Translations under genes and position numbers: made by a program
Shown here: positions 12,375 to 21,280 of the stretch, piece after piece
Position numbering within the stretch: position 1 is the stretch's first letter
Layout: the number at the start of each line of letters is the position of its first letter
Assembly: GCF_003790525.1 (NCBI RefSeq)
Contig: NZ_CP033635.1
Length of the DNA stretch: 64,000 bases
Reading direction: 5' to 3' (one strand)
Origin: Escherichia coli
Lineage (GTDB): Bacteria > Pseudomonadota > Gammaproteobacteria > Enterobacterales > Enterobacteriaceae
Notes under the pieces: model-generated
Databases searched by the model: none
The model's input: only the letters and a program-made list of their open reading frames with translations
What the model was told of the DNA's origin: nothing

Positions 12375-13420
12375 GTCGGATAATGAACGTCGGGCTACGC
12401 CCACTACGTGTTGGTAAGTTTTCGACACTGGTACGCCCTAAAAATCTGCTGTTGCTTGGTGGGCTGTTCCTGCTTGCGGTTGGAATACTGATATTCGGTC
12501 TGATGCAGGGTTCTTTCTCTGTTCCGGCATCGGAAGTAGGACGAGCGTTGTTTGCTCCAGAAAACGTAAGCACAGACGCACGTTATATTGTGCAGGATAT
12601 TCGCTTGCCGAGAGTCATCATGGCATTGCTATGCGGGGCCATGTTAGGTATGGCAGGGGCCGCAATGCAATCCATTGCACGTAACGGCCTTGCCGATCCT
12701 GGTTTAATCGGCGTCAAAGAAGGATGTAGCGTGGCTGTGCTGTGGCTGATTTTCCAGTTTCCAATGCTGGGAATGTTCTGGCGTCCAGTGGCTGGTCTTG
12801 CTGGTGGCCTGTTGGTGGCTTTAATCGTGATTTTTTGTGCGCGCGATATTTCCCGCCCGCGATTTGTTCTGATTGGTATTGGTGTTTCCTGGTTTTTCGC
12901 CGCCGGTATCGGTGTATTTATGACCACTGCAGATGTTCGAGATGTACAAACTGCATTGATGTGGTTATCGGGAAGCCTGCATGCAGCTAACTGGATGTTA
13001 GTCGCTATTTCAGCCTGTTGGATGTTGCCAGCCGCTCTTTTATTGCTGTTCACCGCCAGGACGGCGGATATCGCTCTGCTTGGTCATCAGGTTGCAACCG
13101 GGTTAGGGGTGAATAGTTCTCGTCTGGCGTTGTTACGTGTCGCTGCACCCATAATCCTGACAGCCGTCTGCGTTTCGTGTGTTGGTAACATCGGTTTTGT
13201 CGGATTGATAGCACCCCATATATCACGTTTTATTCTACGTGGCGGGCAGACGACATTACTGCTGGGGAGCGCGGTATCGGGGGCGTTGTTAGTTATTCTG
13301 GCGGATAGCATTGGTCGTTTGGCTTTTTTGCCTTTGCAACTGCCTGCCGGAATCATTATCTCACTGATTGGTGGACCATTTTTTTTGCTACTGCTCTGGC
13401 AGCGCAGGAACAGTTTTTAA
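12371..13420 (+). CDS. iron-siderophore ABC transporter permease (FecCD family), second subunit
   Basis: 349 aa hydrophobic ORF paralogous to the preceding permease; 4 nt overlap with it. Confidence 0.85.
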   Translation: MSRIMNVGLRPLRVGKFSTLVRPKNLLLLGGLFLLAVGILIFGLMQGSFSVPASEVGRALFAPENVSTDARYIVQDIRLPRVIMALLCGAMLGMAGAAMQSIARNGLADPGLIGVKEGCSVAVLWLIFQFPMLGMFWRPVAGLAGGLLVALIVIFCARDISRPRFVLIGIGVSWFFAAGIGVFMTTADVRDVQTALMWLSGSLHAANWMLVAISACWMLPAALLLLFTARTADIALLGHQVATGLGVNSSRLALLRVAAPIILTAVCVSCVGNIGFVGLIAPHISRFILRGGQTTLLLGSAVSGALLVILADSIGRLAFLPLQLPAGIIISLIGGPFFLLLLWQRRNSF

Positions 13421-13430
13421 CGGGAGTTAT

Positions 13431-14378
13431 ATGCGTTTATTTTTTTCTCTGCTGATACTGTTGTCATTTTTTTCCCGTGCAACAGAACCTGTTCAGGTAT
13501 TTACTGATGATTTAGGGCGCAAAGTCACTGTTCCTGCTCATCCAAAGAGAATTGTCTCTTTACACGATCTTGATATCACTATTCCTCTGATTGAGCTCGG
13601 TGTACCTCCTGTCGCCAGCCACGGGCGAACTCGGCCTGACGGTAGCCATTTCATTCGATCTGGCGCGTTATTGACAGGTGTCGACTTTGATAATTCATCG
13701 ATCGCCTTTATTGGTACCGCTGATATTGATATTGAAGCGATTGTGGCGGCAAAGCCTGACCTGATCATCACAGAACCGACCCGTAATACGCCCATTGAAC
13801 AACTTGAAAAAATTGCGCCCACGGTGAGCATTGATCATCTCAAAGGGGGCGCGCCAGAAATCTATCGCAAGCTGGCAGAACTTACAGGAACGCAGTCGCA
13901 GCTGGCGATACTTGAACGCCGCTATCAGGCACAAATCAATGCGCTGAAGGCGACGCTGGACAGCCAAAAAATAACGGTATCGGTGATTCAGGCAAACCAG
14001 GGAAAAATTAATGTGATGCATAGCTATCATTCGCTGGGGCGGGTATTACGCGATGCTGGTTTTCGTTTTCCGCCGCTGATTGAGAGCATTCCTGAAGGTG
14101 GGCGAATGGATGTGAGCGCGGAGCGTTTACCTGAACTGGATGCCGATTTTGTTTTTGCAACCTGGCGCGGTGACACCGGTGGTAAACCTCAGGATGAGCT
14201 GGCAGCAATGGAAAAAGTCATGCCGGGATGGTGTCAGTTTCTGACTGCCTGTCGTTCCGGGCGTTATGTGCTGATTTCTCGTGAAGAGGCGATTTCTAAC
14301 TCCTTTGCATCTCTGGGGCTGATGGCTGCGCAGATACAATCACAAATTGCAGGGCGACCTCTACCGGAGGATAAATGA
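13431..14378 (+). CDS. periplasmic siderophore-binding protein (ABC substrate-binding, class III)
   Basis: ORF 13368-14378 trimmed to ATG at 13431 preceded by GGGAG; signal peptide MRLFFSLLILLSFFSRA. Confidence 0.8.
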   Translation: MRLFFSLLILLSFFSRATEPVQVFTDDLGRKVTVPAHPKRIVSLHDLDITIPLIELGVPPVASHGRTRPDGSHFIRSGALLTGVDFDNSSIAFIGTADIDIEAIVAAKPDLIITEPTRNTPIEQLEKIAPTVSIDHLKGGAPEIYRKLAELTGTQSQLAILERRYQAQINALKATLDSQKITVSVIQANQGKINVMHSYHSLGRVLRDAGFRFPPLIESIPEGGRMDVSAERLPELDADFVFATWRGDTGGKPQDELAAMEKVMPGWCQFLTACRSGRYVLISREEAISNSFASLGLMAAQIQSQIAGRPLPEDK

Positions 14379-15262
14379 TCCAGAAAGATAAAGCGCGGGT
14401 TGATATTTTTGGTGAGCGTTTTCGCACTCGCGCGAGTCAGTTAACGCCTGGGTTAAGAGTTGTCGCCAGCTACATTAATGAGCATCGTGAAGTGGTACTC
14501 GAGCAAACGGCGATGGAAATTGCGGCCACGTTGAACACTTCCGATGCCACAGTTATCAGGGCTATACAGGCCCTGGGGTTTGCCGGGCTGCGTGATCTGA
14601 AACGCACTCTGGAACAGTGGCTTGGTCCAGCCCTTAGTTCCAGCGAAAAGATGTCTACGACGGTGAGTAACTTGACGAGCGATGTTAACACCGCAATCGA
14701 CTTTGTTCTTGAAGGGCATTTGTATACCTGTAATGTCCTGTCAGAGCCTGAAAACCGCCACGCGCTTGCGCAAGCTGTAGCGTTGTTGGTGCAGGCACGG
14801 CAAGTCGCTATTTTTGGCATTGGCGCTTCGGGTATCCTGGCGGACTATACCGCACGACTATTCAACCGCATAGGTTTGCCTGCCACGGCACTAAACCGTA
14901 CGGGTATTGGCCTTGCCGAGCAACTGATCGCGCTTCAACGTGGCGATGTTCTGATCATGATGGCGCAAAAATCTGCGCACCGGGAAGGGCTGACAACGCT
15001 TCGTGAGGCGAGGCGGCTGGGGATCCCTGTTATTTTGCTGACAAACGCGCTGGATTCACGTTTTAGCAAAGACGCCAGTATCGTGATTCATGTTCCGCGC
15101 GGGGATGAAAAAGGGAAAACGCCGCTACATGGTACGGTATTGTTGTGTCTGGAAATGATTGTCTGGTCGGTAGCTTCCGCAGTGCCGCAGCGTGCGGTTA
15201 AAACCATTAAGCGAATTAACGATTTCCATCGAGGACTGAAAACGGGAAGAAAGAATGGCTAA
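14375..15262 (+). CDS. RpiR/MurR family transcriptional regulator (HTH plus SIS domain)
   Basis: 295 aa; N-terminal HTH region and C-terminal SIS-like sugar-phosphate binding region (IFGIGASG...); 4 nt overlap with binding-protein gene. Confidence 0.8.
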   Translation: MIQKDKARVDIFGERFRTRASQLTPGLRVVASYINEHREVVLEQTAMEIAATLNTSDATVIRAIQALGFAGLRDLKRTLEQWLGPALSSSEKMSTTVSNLTSDVNTAIDFVLEGHLYTCNVLSEPENRHALAQAVALLVQARQVAIFGIGASGILADYTARLFNRIGLPATALNRTGIGLAEQLIALQRGDVLIMMAQKSAHREGLTTLREARRLGIPVILLTNALDSRFSKDASIVIHVPRGDEKGKTPLHGTVLLCLEMIVWSVASAVPQRAVKTIKRINDFHRGLKTGRKNG

Positions 15263-15306
15263 TCTGGGCTGAGACCGGTAGCAACACCGGCCTCTTTTCA
15301 GGAATG

Positions 15307-15621
15307 TTAAATCCCCGGTTGCAGGATGCGGATATTCATCTCCAGCACATCGCCTTTTACGGCCTCGCTGTACGCTTTCATGTGCGGGGTCTGCAAGTGC
15401 GCTTCAAGATGCGCGATGCTTTCCCACTGCTCAATCATCACGATAGAATCCGGTGCCATAGACTGGAAACTCACGCCAGCAGCGCAATCCACCATTGGCG
15501 CATAGCCGTGGCAACCTTCTTCTTTCAGTACGGTTGGAACGATTTTAGCAAACTGATCCAACACTGCCTGACGGTGATGTTGACCAGGACGAGTACGGAT
15601 TTCTGCGATTACTGTAATCAT
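15307..15621 (-). CDS. ygiN: quinol monooxygenase YgiN
   Basis: 104 aa ORF MITVIAEIRTRPGQHHRQAVLDQF... recognised as YgiN (ABM domain). Confidence 0.92.
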   Translation of the reverse strand: MITVIAEIRTRPGQHHRQAVLDQFAKIVPTVLKEEGCHGYAPMVDCAAGVSFQSMAPDSIVMIEQWESIAHLEAHLQTPHMKAYSEAVKGDVLEMNIRILQPGI

Positions 15622-15651
15622 GGTTAACTCCTTCTAAAGCCAGAGCTCTAG

Positions 15652-16233
15652 TTAACCAAAAATTTCCACAAGATGCTTGCGATATTCTTCAGTATAGCGG
15701 GGAACATCAGGCATTTTTATCACGTCATTAGCGATAAATGTCGGCAGCGGTTCCATGCCAAGGAATTGGTTTGCTTTATGAAACGGCAGGTACACACCGT
15801 CAACACCAACGCCGTGGAAGAACTGATCTTTTTCGGTGAAGGCTTCCATTGGTGCGTTCCAGGTCAGAGAAAGCATATATTTTTTGCCCTGTACCAGGCC
15901 GCCGGAGCCGTATTTTTTCGACGGATCTTTGCGGGTACGACCATCGCTGGCATACAGCGTCCCGTGACCTTCGGTGAATACATCATCAATGTATTTTTTC
16001 ACTGTCCACGGCGCGCCCATCCACCAGCCTGGCATCTGCCAGATCACCACATCAGCCCAGAGAAAGTTTTGTACTTCCGCTTTGACATCGTAGTCGCTGT
16101 CGGCGCGAACGATGCGGACATCATGCCCGAGGTCGCGCAGTGTGCCATCCGCGACTTCGGTCAGGGTGTCGTTCAGTTGACCATTGGAGTGGGCGAATTT
16201 TTTCGCGCCGTTGATAATCAGGATGTTGCTCAT
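15652..16233 (-). CDS. mdaB: NADPH:quinone oxidoreductase MdaB
   Basis: 193 aa ORF MSNILIINGAKKFAHSNGQLNDTL... recognised as MdaB; operon with ygiN. Confidence 0.92.
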   Translation of the reverse strand: MSNILIINGAKKFAHSNGQLNDTLTEVADGTLRDLGHDVRIVRADSDYDVKAEVQNFLWADVVIWQMPGWWMGAPWTVKKYIDDVFTEGHGTLYASDGRTRKDPSKKYGSGGLVQGKKYMLSLTWNAPMEAFTEKDQFFHGVGVDGVYLPFHKANQFLGMEPLPTFIANDVIKMPDVPRYTEEYRKHLVEIFG

Positions 16234-16342
16234 TTTTTAACCTTAAGGTGAGACGTTTGCCGACTATAGTACGTCACAGAGCGGTACGGTGAAATTAGCA
16301 AAATGTGCAAAGTCTTTTGCGAATTTAGCAAAAGTCTTACCC

Positions 16343-17692
16343 TTACCAGCTTACTTTCGCCTCAAATCCACCTTGTTCCGCATTCCCAAACTCAACATTC
16401 ATGTCATGCAGCTTGGCGATTCGCTGGACAATTGAAAGCCCAAGTCCACTGCCGGTAGCGGTTTGTCCGGGTGGGCGATAGAAGCGTTCGCCAATTCTCG
16501 CCAGTGCCTCTGGCGTCACACCGGGGCCGTTATCCTTCACGATGAAATTATCGGCATTCAGCGTGACGTCCACCACGCAGCCCTGTGGACTGTAGCGCAC
16601 GGCGTTATCCAGAAGGTTTCGTACCAACAAACTTAGCAACAGCGGTTGTCCGGTGCGTTTGATGCCGTGGGCATTGAGTGTCAGTCGCACGTCAATTTTC
16701 GCCTGCTGCGCCGTGTGGTAAATATCCATCACCGACGATTGCAGGAGATCTTCAAGCGGGATCTCCGCGACGTCCTGAAGGTTATCCAGTGAGTCCAGCC
16801 GCGATAGCGTGAGCAGTTGATCAACCAGACGAGTAGCGCGATCGATCCCGGAATGTAATTGGAGCAGCGCTTTTTTCCGCGCCTGCGGATCATCGTCAGA
16901 GAGCTGAGCAACTTCGGTTTGCACTTTCAGCGCCGTTAACGGGCTACGAAGTTCGTGAGCTGCGTCGGAGGTAAAGCGTCGTTCACGAACCATCATCGCA
17001 TGTGTGCGGGCGAACAGTTGATTCAACGACTCAACCAGTGGGCGCACTTCGCTGGGTACGCCCGTCGCGTTTAGTGGTTTTTCCGAGTCTGGGTCACGCA
17101 TACGTAGTGCCAGCGCCAGTTTGTTCAGCGGCGCGAGTTCACGACCCAGTAGTACCATCATGATGATTAACATAATCGGCAGTGCGACCAGCCACGGGAT
17201 CAATTGTCCGGCAACAATCGCCAGCGCCATGTCTTCACGGTATTCCCATTCCTGACCAACAACAATGCGATATTTGCCATCAGGTGAGGTCATCCAGACA
17301 AAACGCCATTGATCTTTATCGCCCACCAGTTGCCCGTCAGCAAAACCTTCTCGTTGATAGCTATAAGGAATATCTTCTCCATTATCGCCATCGTTAAGGA
17401 CCATTCTGCCGTCGTGGGTAAAGATGGCAAAGGTCAGCGCATCGTCATCAACATGACCGTGTTTTAATTTATTTGGCGTCTGTGCCATGCGATCCGCCGC
17501 GTTGATTTCGTTGAGATCGAGCGTACTTAACCGTTTGGCAAACAGCATCAGTTGGGTGTCGAACAACTCATCGACGTTATCCGTTGTTTGTTTCCAGGCG
17601 ACAAAGCTGGAAAGCAGCCAGGTCACCGAGGCCAGAATTAAAAAGATTAGCGTTAGCCTGACTCGCAGACTAAGACGTTGGGTAAATTTCAT
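16343..17692 (-). CDS. qseC: two-component sensor histidine kinase QseC
   Basis: 449 aa; two TM segments, HAMP, H-box ([10 protein letters not shown]), HATPase_c motifs; 4 nt overlap with qseB. Confidence 0.93.
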   Translation of the reverse strand: MKFTQRLSLRVRLTLIFLILASVTWLLSSFVAWKQTTDNVDELFDTQLMLFAKRLSTLDLNEINAADRMAQTPNKLKHGHVDDDALTFAIFTHDGRMVLNDGDNGEDIPYSYQREGFADGQLVGDKDQWRFVWMTSPDGKYRIVVGQEWEYREDMALAIVAGQLIPWLVALPIMLIIMMVLLGRELAPLNKLALALRMRDPDSEKPLNATGVPSEVRPLVESLNQLFARTHAMMVRERRFTSDAAHELRSPLTALKVQTEVAQLSDDDPQARKKALLQLHSGIDRATRLVDQLLTLSRLDSLDNLQDVAEIPLEDLLQSSVMDIYHTAQQAKIDVRLTLNAHGIKRTGQPLLLSLLVRNLLDNAVRYSPQGCVVDVTLNADNFIVKDNGPGVTPEALARIGERFYRPPGQTATGSGLGLSIVQRIAKLHDMNVEFGNAEQGGFEAKVSW

Positions 17693-18348
17693 TTCTCACC
17701 TAATGTGTAGCCAATACCATGAACGGTACGAATAAAATCACTGCCGAGTTTGCGTCGCAGATGATGCACATGCACTTCAACGGCATTACTGGTGACCTCT
17801 TCGTCCCAGGTATACAGTTTCTCTTCAATCAGTTTGCGCGGCAGTACCCGACCAGCGTTACGCATCAGTAATTCCAGCAGGGCAAATTCTTTTGGCTTCA
17901 GCGTTAAGGGTTCGCCAGCCAGCGTGGCGATACGTTTGCCGGGGTCGAGCATGACGTTGCCGTGGCGCAGCTCGTTGCTGGCCTGGCCGTTGGTTCGGCG
18001 CATCAGAGCTTCCAGCCTGGCGGCGACTTCTATCAACGCAAAAGGTTTACACAGATAATCGTCAGCTCCCAGACGCAGCCCTTCTACACGTTCCGCCAGC
18101 GCATCGCGCGCGGTCAGGATCAAAACCGGCTCACGCTGACCTTTTTCTCGCCATTCGCGCAAAATATCGCGACCATCCATGCCCGGTAAGGTTAAATCCA
18201 GGATCACCGCATCATAAGGTGCGCTATATAGCGCCTCTTTTCCCTGACGACCTTGTGTAAACCAGTCGACGCTAAAACCCATTTTACTAAGGCCCGTTTT
18301 GATGCCGTCGCCAATCAGCATGTCATCTTCTATCAGTAAAATTCGCAT
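17689..18348 (-). CDS. qseB: two-component response regulator QseB (OmpR family)
   Basis: 219 aa [16 protein letters not shown]... receiver plus winged-helix output domain. Confidence 0.93.
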   Translation of the reverse strand: MRILLIEDDMLIGDGIKTGLSKMGFSVDWFTQGRQGKEALYSAPYDAVILDLTLPGMDGRDILREWREKGQREPVLILTARDALAERVEGLRLGADDYLCKPFALIEVAARLEALMRRTNGQASNELRHGNVMLDPGKRIATLAGEPLTLKPKEFALLELLMRNAGRVLPRKLIEEKLYTWDEEVTSNAVEVHVHHLRRKLGSDFIRTVHGIGYTLGEK

Positions 18349-18499
18349 TTTTTCATCCCTGCGATAACCGTATTTGCTGCCAGTAAACCGTGTTGTAACG
18401 CGCTCTGTACAGCATTAAATTTTATTTTTTTCCCTTAAGAAGTTGTTAAGGACTATCTTGTTAAATGCTCGGAAACAGACATTAAAGGGAGTAATAAAC

Positions 18500-18892
18500 A
18501 TGAAAAAATACGCAGCAGTAATCGCAGTAATGGCCCTGTGCAGTGCACCGGTTATGGCAGCAGAGCAGGGAGGTTTTTCTGGCCCATCGGCAACGCAAAG
18601 TCAGGCCGGAGGATTCCAGGGGCCGAATGGCAGCGTAACGACTATAGAAAGCGCAAAATCCCTGCGTGACGACACCTGGGTAACCCTGCGCGGCAATATC
18701 GTTGAACGCATCTCTGACGATCTCTACGTGTTCAAAGATGCCAGCGGTACTATCAATGTTGATATCGACCACAAACGCTGGAACGGCATGACGGTGACGC
18801 CGAAAGATACGGTTGAGATTCAGGGTGAAGTCGATAAAGACTGGAATTCTGTTGAAATTGACGTCAAACAGATCCGCAAAGTAAATCCGTAA
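18500..18892 (+). CDS. ygiW: periplasmic OB-fold (BOF) stress protein YgiW
   Basis: ORF 18443-18892 trimmed to ATG at 18500 (MKKYAAVIAVMALCSAPVMA signal peptide), 130 aa; divergent from qseBC. Confidence 0.9.
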   Translation: MKKYAAVIAVMALCSAPVMAAEQGGFSGPSATQSQAGGFQGPNGSVTTIESAKSLRDDTWVTLRGNIVERISDDLYVFKDASGTINVDIDHKRWNGMTVTPKDTVEIQGEVDKDWNSVEIDVKQIRKVNP

Positions 18893-18944
18893 TTGTTACC
18901 GCTCCCGGGACACGTTCCCGGGAATAATTTCGCAGGGAGGCAAA

Positions 18945-19427
18945 ATGACAAACCTGACACTGGATGTAAATATTATCGATTTCCCATCAATCCCTGTGGC
19001 GATGTTGCCGCACCGCTGTAGCCCTGAGTTGCTCAACTACAGTGTGGCGAAATTTATCATGTGGCGTAAAGAGACGGGGCTTTCTCCTGTTAACCAAAGC
19101 CAGACTTTTGGCGTCGCCTGGGACGACCCTGCCACCACCGCACCAGAAGCGTTTCGCTTTGATATCTGCGGCAGCGTTAGCGAACCGATCCCCGATAATC
19201 GTTATGGCGTAAGTAATGGTGAACTTACCGGTGGACGTTATGCTGTGGCCCGCCATGTTGGCGAGCTGGACGATATTTCACACACGATATGGGGCATCAT
19301 TCGCCACTGGCTTCCGGCAAGCGGCGAAAAAATGCGCAAGGCCCCGATCCTGTTTCACTACACCAATCTTGCCGAAGGGATGACAGAGCAGCGACTGGAA
19401 ACAGATGTTTATGTGCCGTTGGCGTGA
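18945..19427 (+). CDS. ygiV: GyrI-like effector-binding domain protein YgiV
   Basis: 160 aa ORF recognised as YgiV. Confidence 0.88.
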   Translation: MTNLTLDVNIIDFPSIPVAMLPHRCSPELLNYSVAKFIMWRKETGLSPVNQSQTFGVAWDDPATTAPEAFRFDICGSVSEPIPDNRYGVSNGELTGGRYAVARHVGELDDISHTIWGIIRHWLPASGEKMRKAPILFHYTNLAEGMTEQRLETDVYVPLA

Positions 19428-19535
19428 TGAAGAATCTTTACCGGAGTGTGAGCCAAATCACTCGCGATAAGTTTGAGCGAACAATGCCACAGGCGTATTG
19501 TTGTTGGGCTTATAATTTCTCCGGTAAGGAATACC

Positions 19536-21143
19536 ATGTATACGCGAAATTTATTATGGCTGGTCAGCCTGGTAAGTGCGGCTCCTCTCTACGCTGCTGA
19601 CGTTCCCGCCAACACACCGCTCGCCCCGCAACAAGTCTTTCGTTACAACAATCATAGCGACCCAGGCACGCTCGACCCGCAAAAGGTGGAGGAGAATACT
19701 GCCGCGCAGATTGTGCTGGATCTGTTTGAAGGTCTGGTATGGATGGACGGTGAAGGCCAGGTGCAGCCCGCTCAGGCTGAACGCTGGGAGATACTGGACG
19801 GCGGCAAGCGCTATATTTTCCATCTGCGTAGCGGTTTGCAGTGGTCAGACGGTCAGCCTCTGACGGCAGAGGATTTTGTCCTCGGCTGGCAGCGCGCGGT
19901 TGACCCGAAAACGGCAAGCCCTTTTGCTGGCTATCTGGCACAGGCGCACATTAACAATGCCGCGGCTATTGTTGCGGGTAAAGCAGATGTTACATCGCTG
20001 GGTGTCAAAGCGACGGATGATCGTACTCTTGAAGTTACGCTTGAGCAGCCAGTTCCTTGGTTCACGACGATGCTCGCCTGGCCGACGCTGTTCCCGGTTC
20101 CTCATCATGTCATCGCTAAACATGGCGATAGCTGGAGTAAGCCAGAGAACATGGTTTACAACGGTGCCTTTGTGCTTGATCAGTGGGTAGTTAACGAAAA
20201 GATTACTGCACGCAAAAATCCAAAGTACCGCGATGCGCAACATACAGTATTGCAACAGGTTGAGTATCTGGCGCTGGATAATTCGGTCACCGGCTATAAC
20301 CGCTATCGCGCGGGAGAGGTCGATCTCACCTGGGTTCCGGCGCAGCAAATTCCCGCCATTGAAAAATCACTGCCTGGCGAGCTACGAATTATTCCGCGTC
20401 TGAACAGCGAATATTACAACTTCAACCTTGAGAAACCGCCATTTAACGATGTGCGGGTGCGTCGGGCGCTATATCTTACGGTTGATCGACAGCTTATTGC
20501 GCAAAAGGTACTGGGGTTGAGAACGCCCGCAACTACGCTGACGCCGCCAGAGGTAAAAGGCTTTAGCGCGACGACGTTCGATGAACTGCAAAAGCCGCTG
20601 AGTGAGCGCGTCGCGATGGCAAAAGCCTTGTTGAAACAGGCGGGATACGACGCCTCTCATCCGCTTCGCTTTGAGCTGTTCTACAACAAGTACGATCTGC
20701 ATGAAAAGACCGCGATAGCGTTGTCTTCCGAATGGAAAAAATGGCTGGGTGCACAGGTGACGCTGCGCACAATGGAGTGGAAAACTTATCTTGATGCCCG
20801 ACGAGCCGGTGATTTCATGTTGTCTCGGCAGTCGTGGGATGCGACGTACAATGATGCCTCCACCTTTCTGAACACGCTTAAGAGCGATAGCGAGGAAAAT
20901 GTCGGCCACTGGAAAAACGCGCAGTATGACGCCTTACTAAACCAGGCGGCACAAACGGCTGATGCAACAAAGCGTAATGCGTTGTATCAGCAGGCAGAAG
21001 TGATCATCAACCAGCAGGCACCGCTCATTCCTGTCTATTATCAGCCGTTAATCAAACTGCTTAAACCCTACGTTGGCGGTTTTCCGCTGCATAATCCCCA
21101 GGATTATGTCTACAGCAAAGAGTTGTATATCAAGGCACATTGA
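19536..21143 (+). CDS. ygiS: periplasmic oligopeptide-binding protein (ABC substrate-binding family 5) YgiS
   Basis: ORF 19473-21143 trimmed to ATG at 19536 preceded by AAGGA; 535 aa with signal peptide MYTRNLLWLVSLVSAAPLYAA. Confidence 0.9.
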   Translation: MYTRNLLWLVSLVSAAPLYAADVPANTPLAPQQVFRYNNHSDPGTLDPQKVEENTAAQIVLDLFEGLVWMDGEGQVQPAQAERWEILDGGKRYIFHLRSGLQWSDGQPLTAEDFVLGWQRAVDPKTASPFAGYLAQAHINNAAAIVAGKADVTSLGVKATDDRTLEVTLEQPVPWFTTMLAWPTLFPVPHHVIAKHGDSWSKPENMVYNGAFVLDQWVVNEKITARKNPKYRDAQHTVLQQVEYLALDNSVTGYNRYRAGEVDLTWVPAQQIPAIEKSLPGELRIIPRLNSEYYNFNLEKPPFNDVRVRRALYLTVDRQLIAQKVLGLRTPATTLTPPEVKGFSATTFDELQKPLSERVAMAKALLKQAGYDASHPLRFELFYNKYDLHEKTAIALSSEWKKWLGAQVTLRTMEWKTYLDARRAGDFMLSRQSWDATYNDASTFLNTLKSDSEENVGHWKNAQYDALLNQAAQTADATKRNALYQQAEVIINQQAPLIPVYYQPLIKLLKPYVGGFPLHNPQDYVYSKELYIKAH

Positions 21144-21280
21144 TGTCTTTATCGCCGTCGGAGCACGTCCGGCGGCGCTATTCACGCTGATCTCCTGTGA
21201 CTCGACGCGGCAGATAATGTAGTATCTCCGGCAATATTGCCCCTTTGAAGGCTGGCGAATAAGTTGAGGAATCAGAATTA

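Noticed and set aside
21144-21280. Imperfect hairpin CGCCGTCGGA-GCACG-TCCGGCGGCG after ygiS
   Set aside because: One mismatch in the stem and no following T-tract; could be a weak terminator or REP-like remnant but evidence is insufficient to call it.
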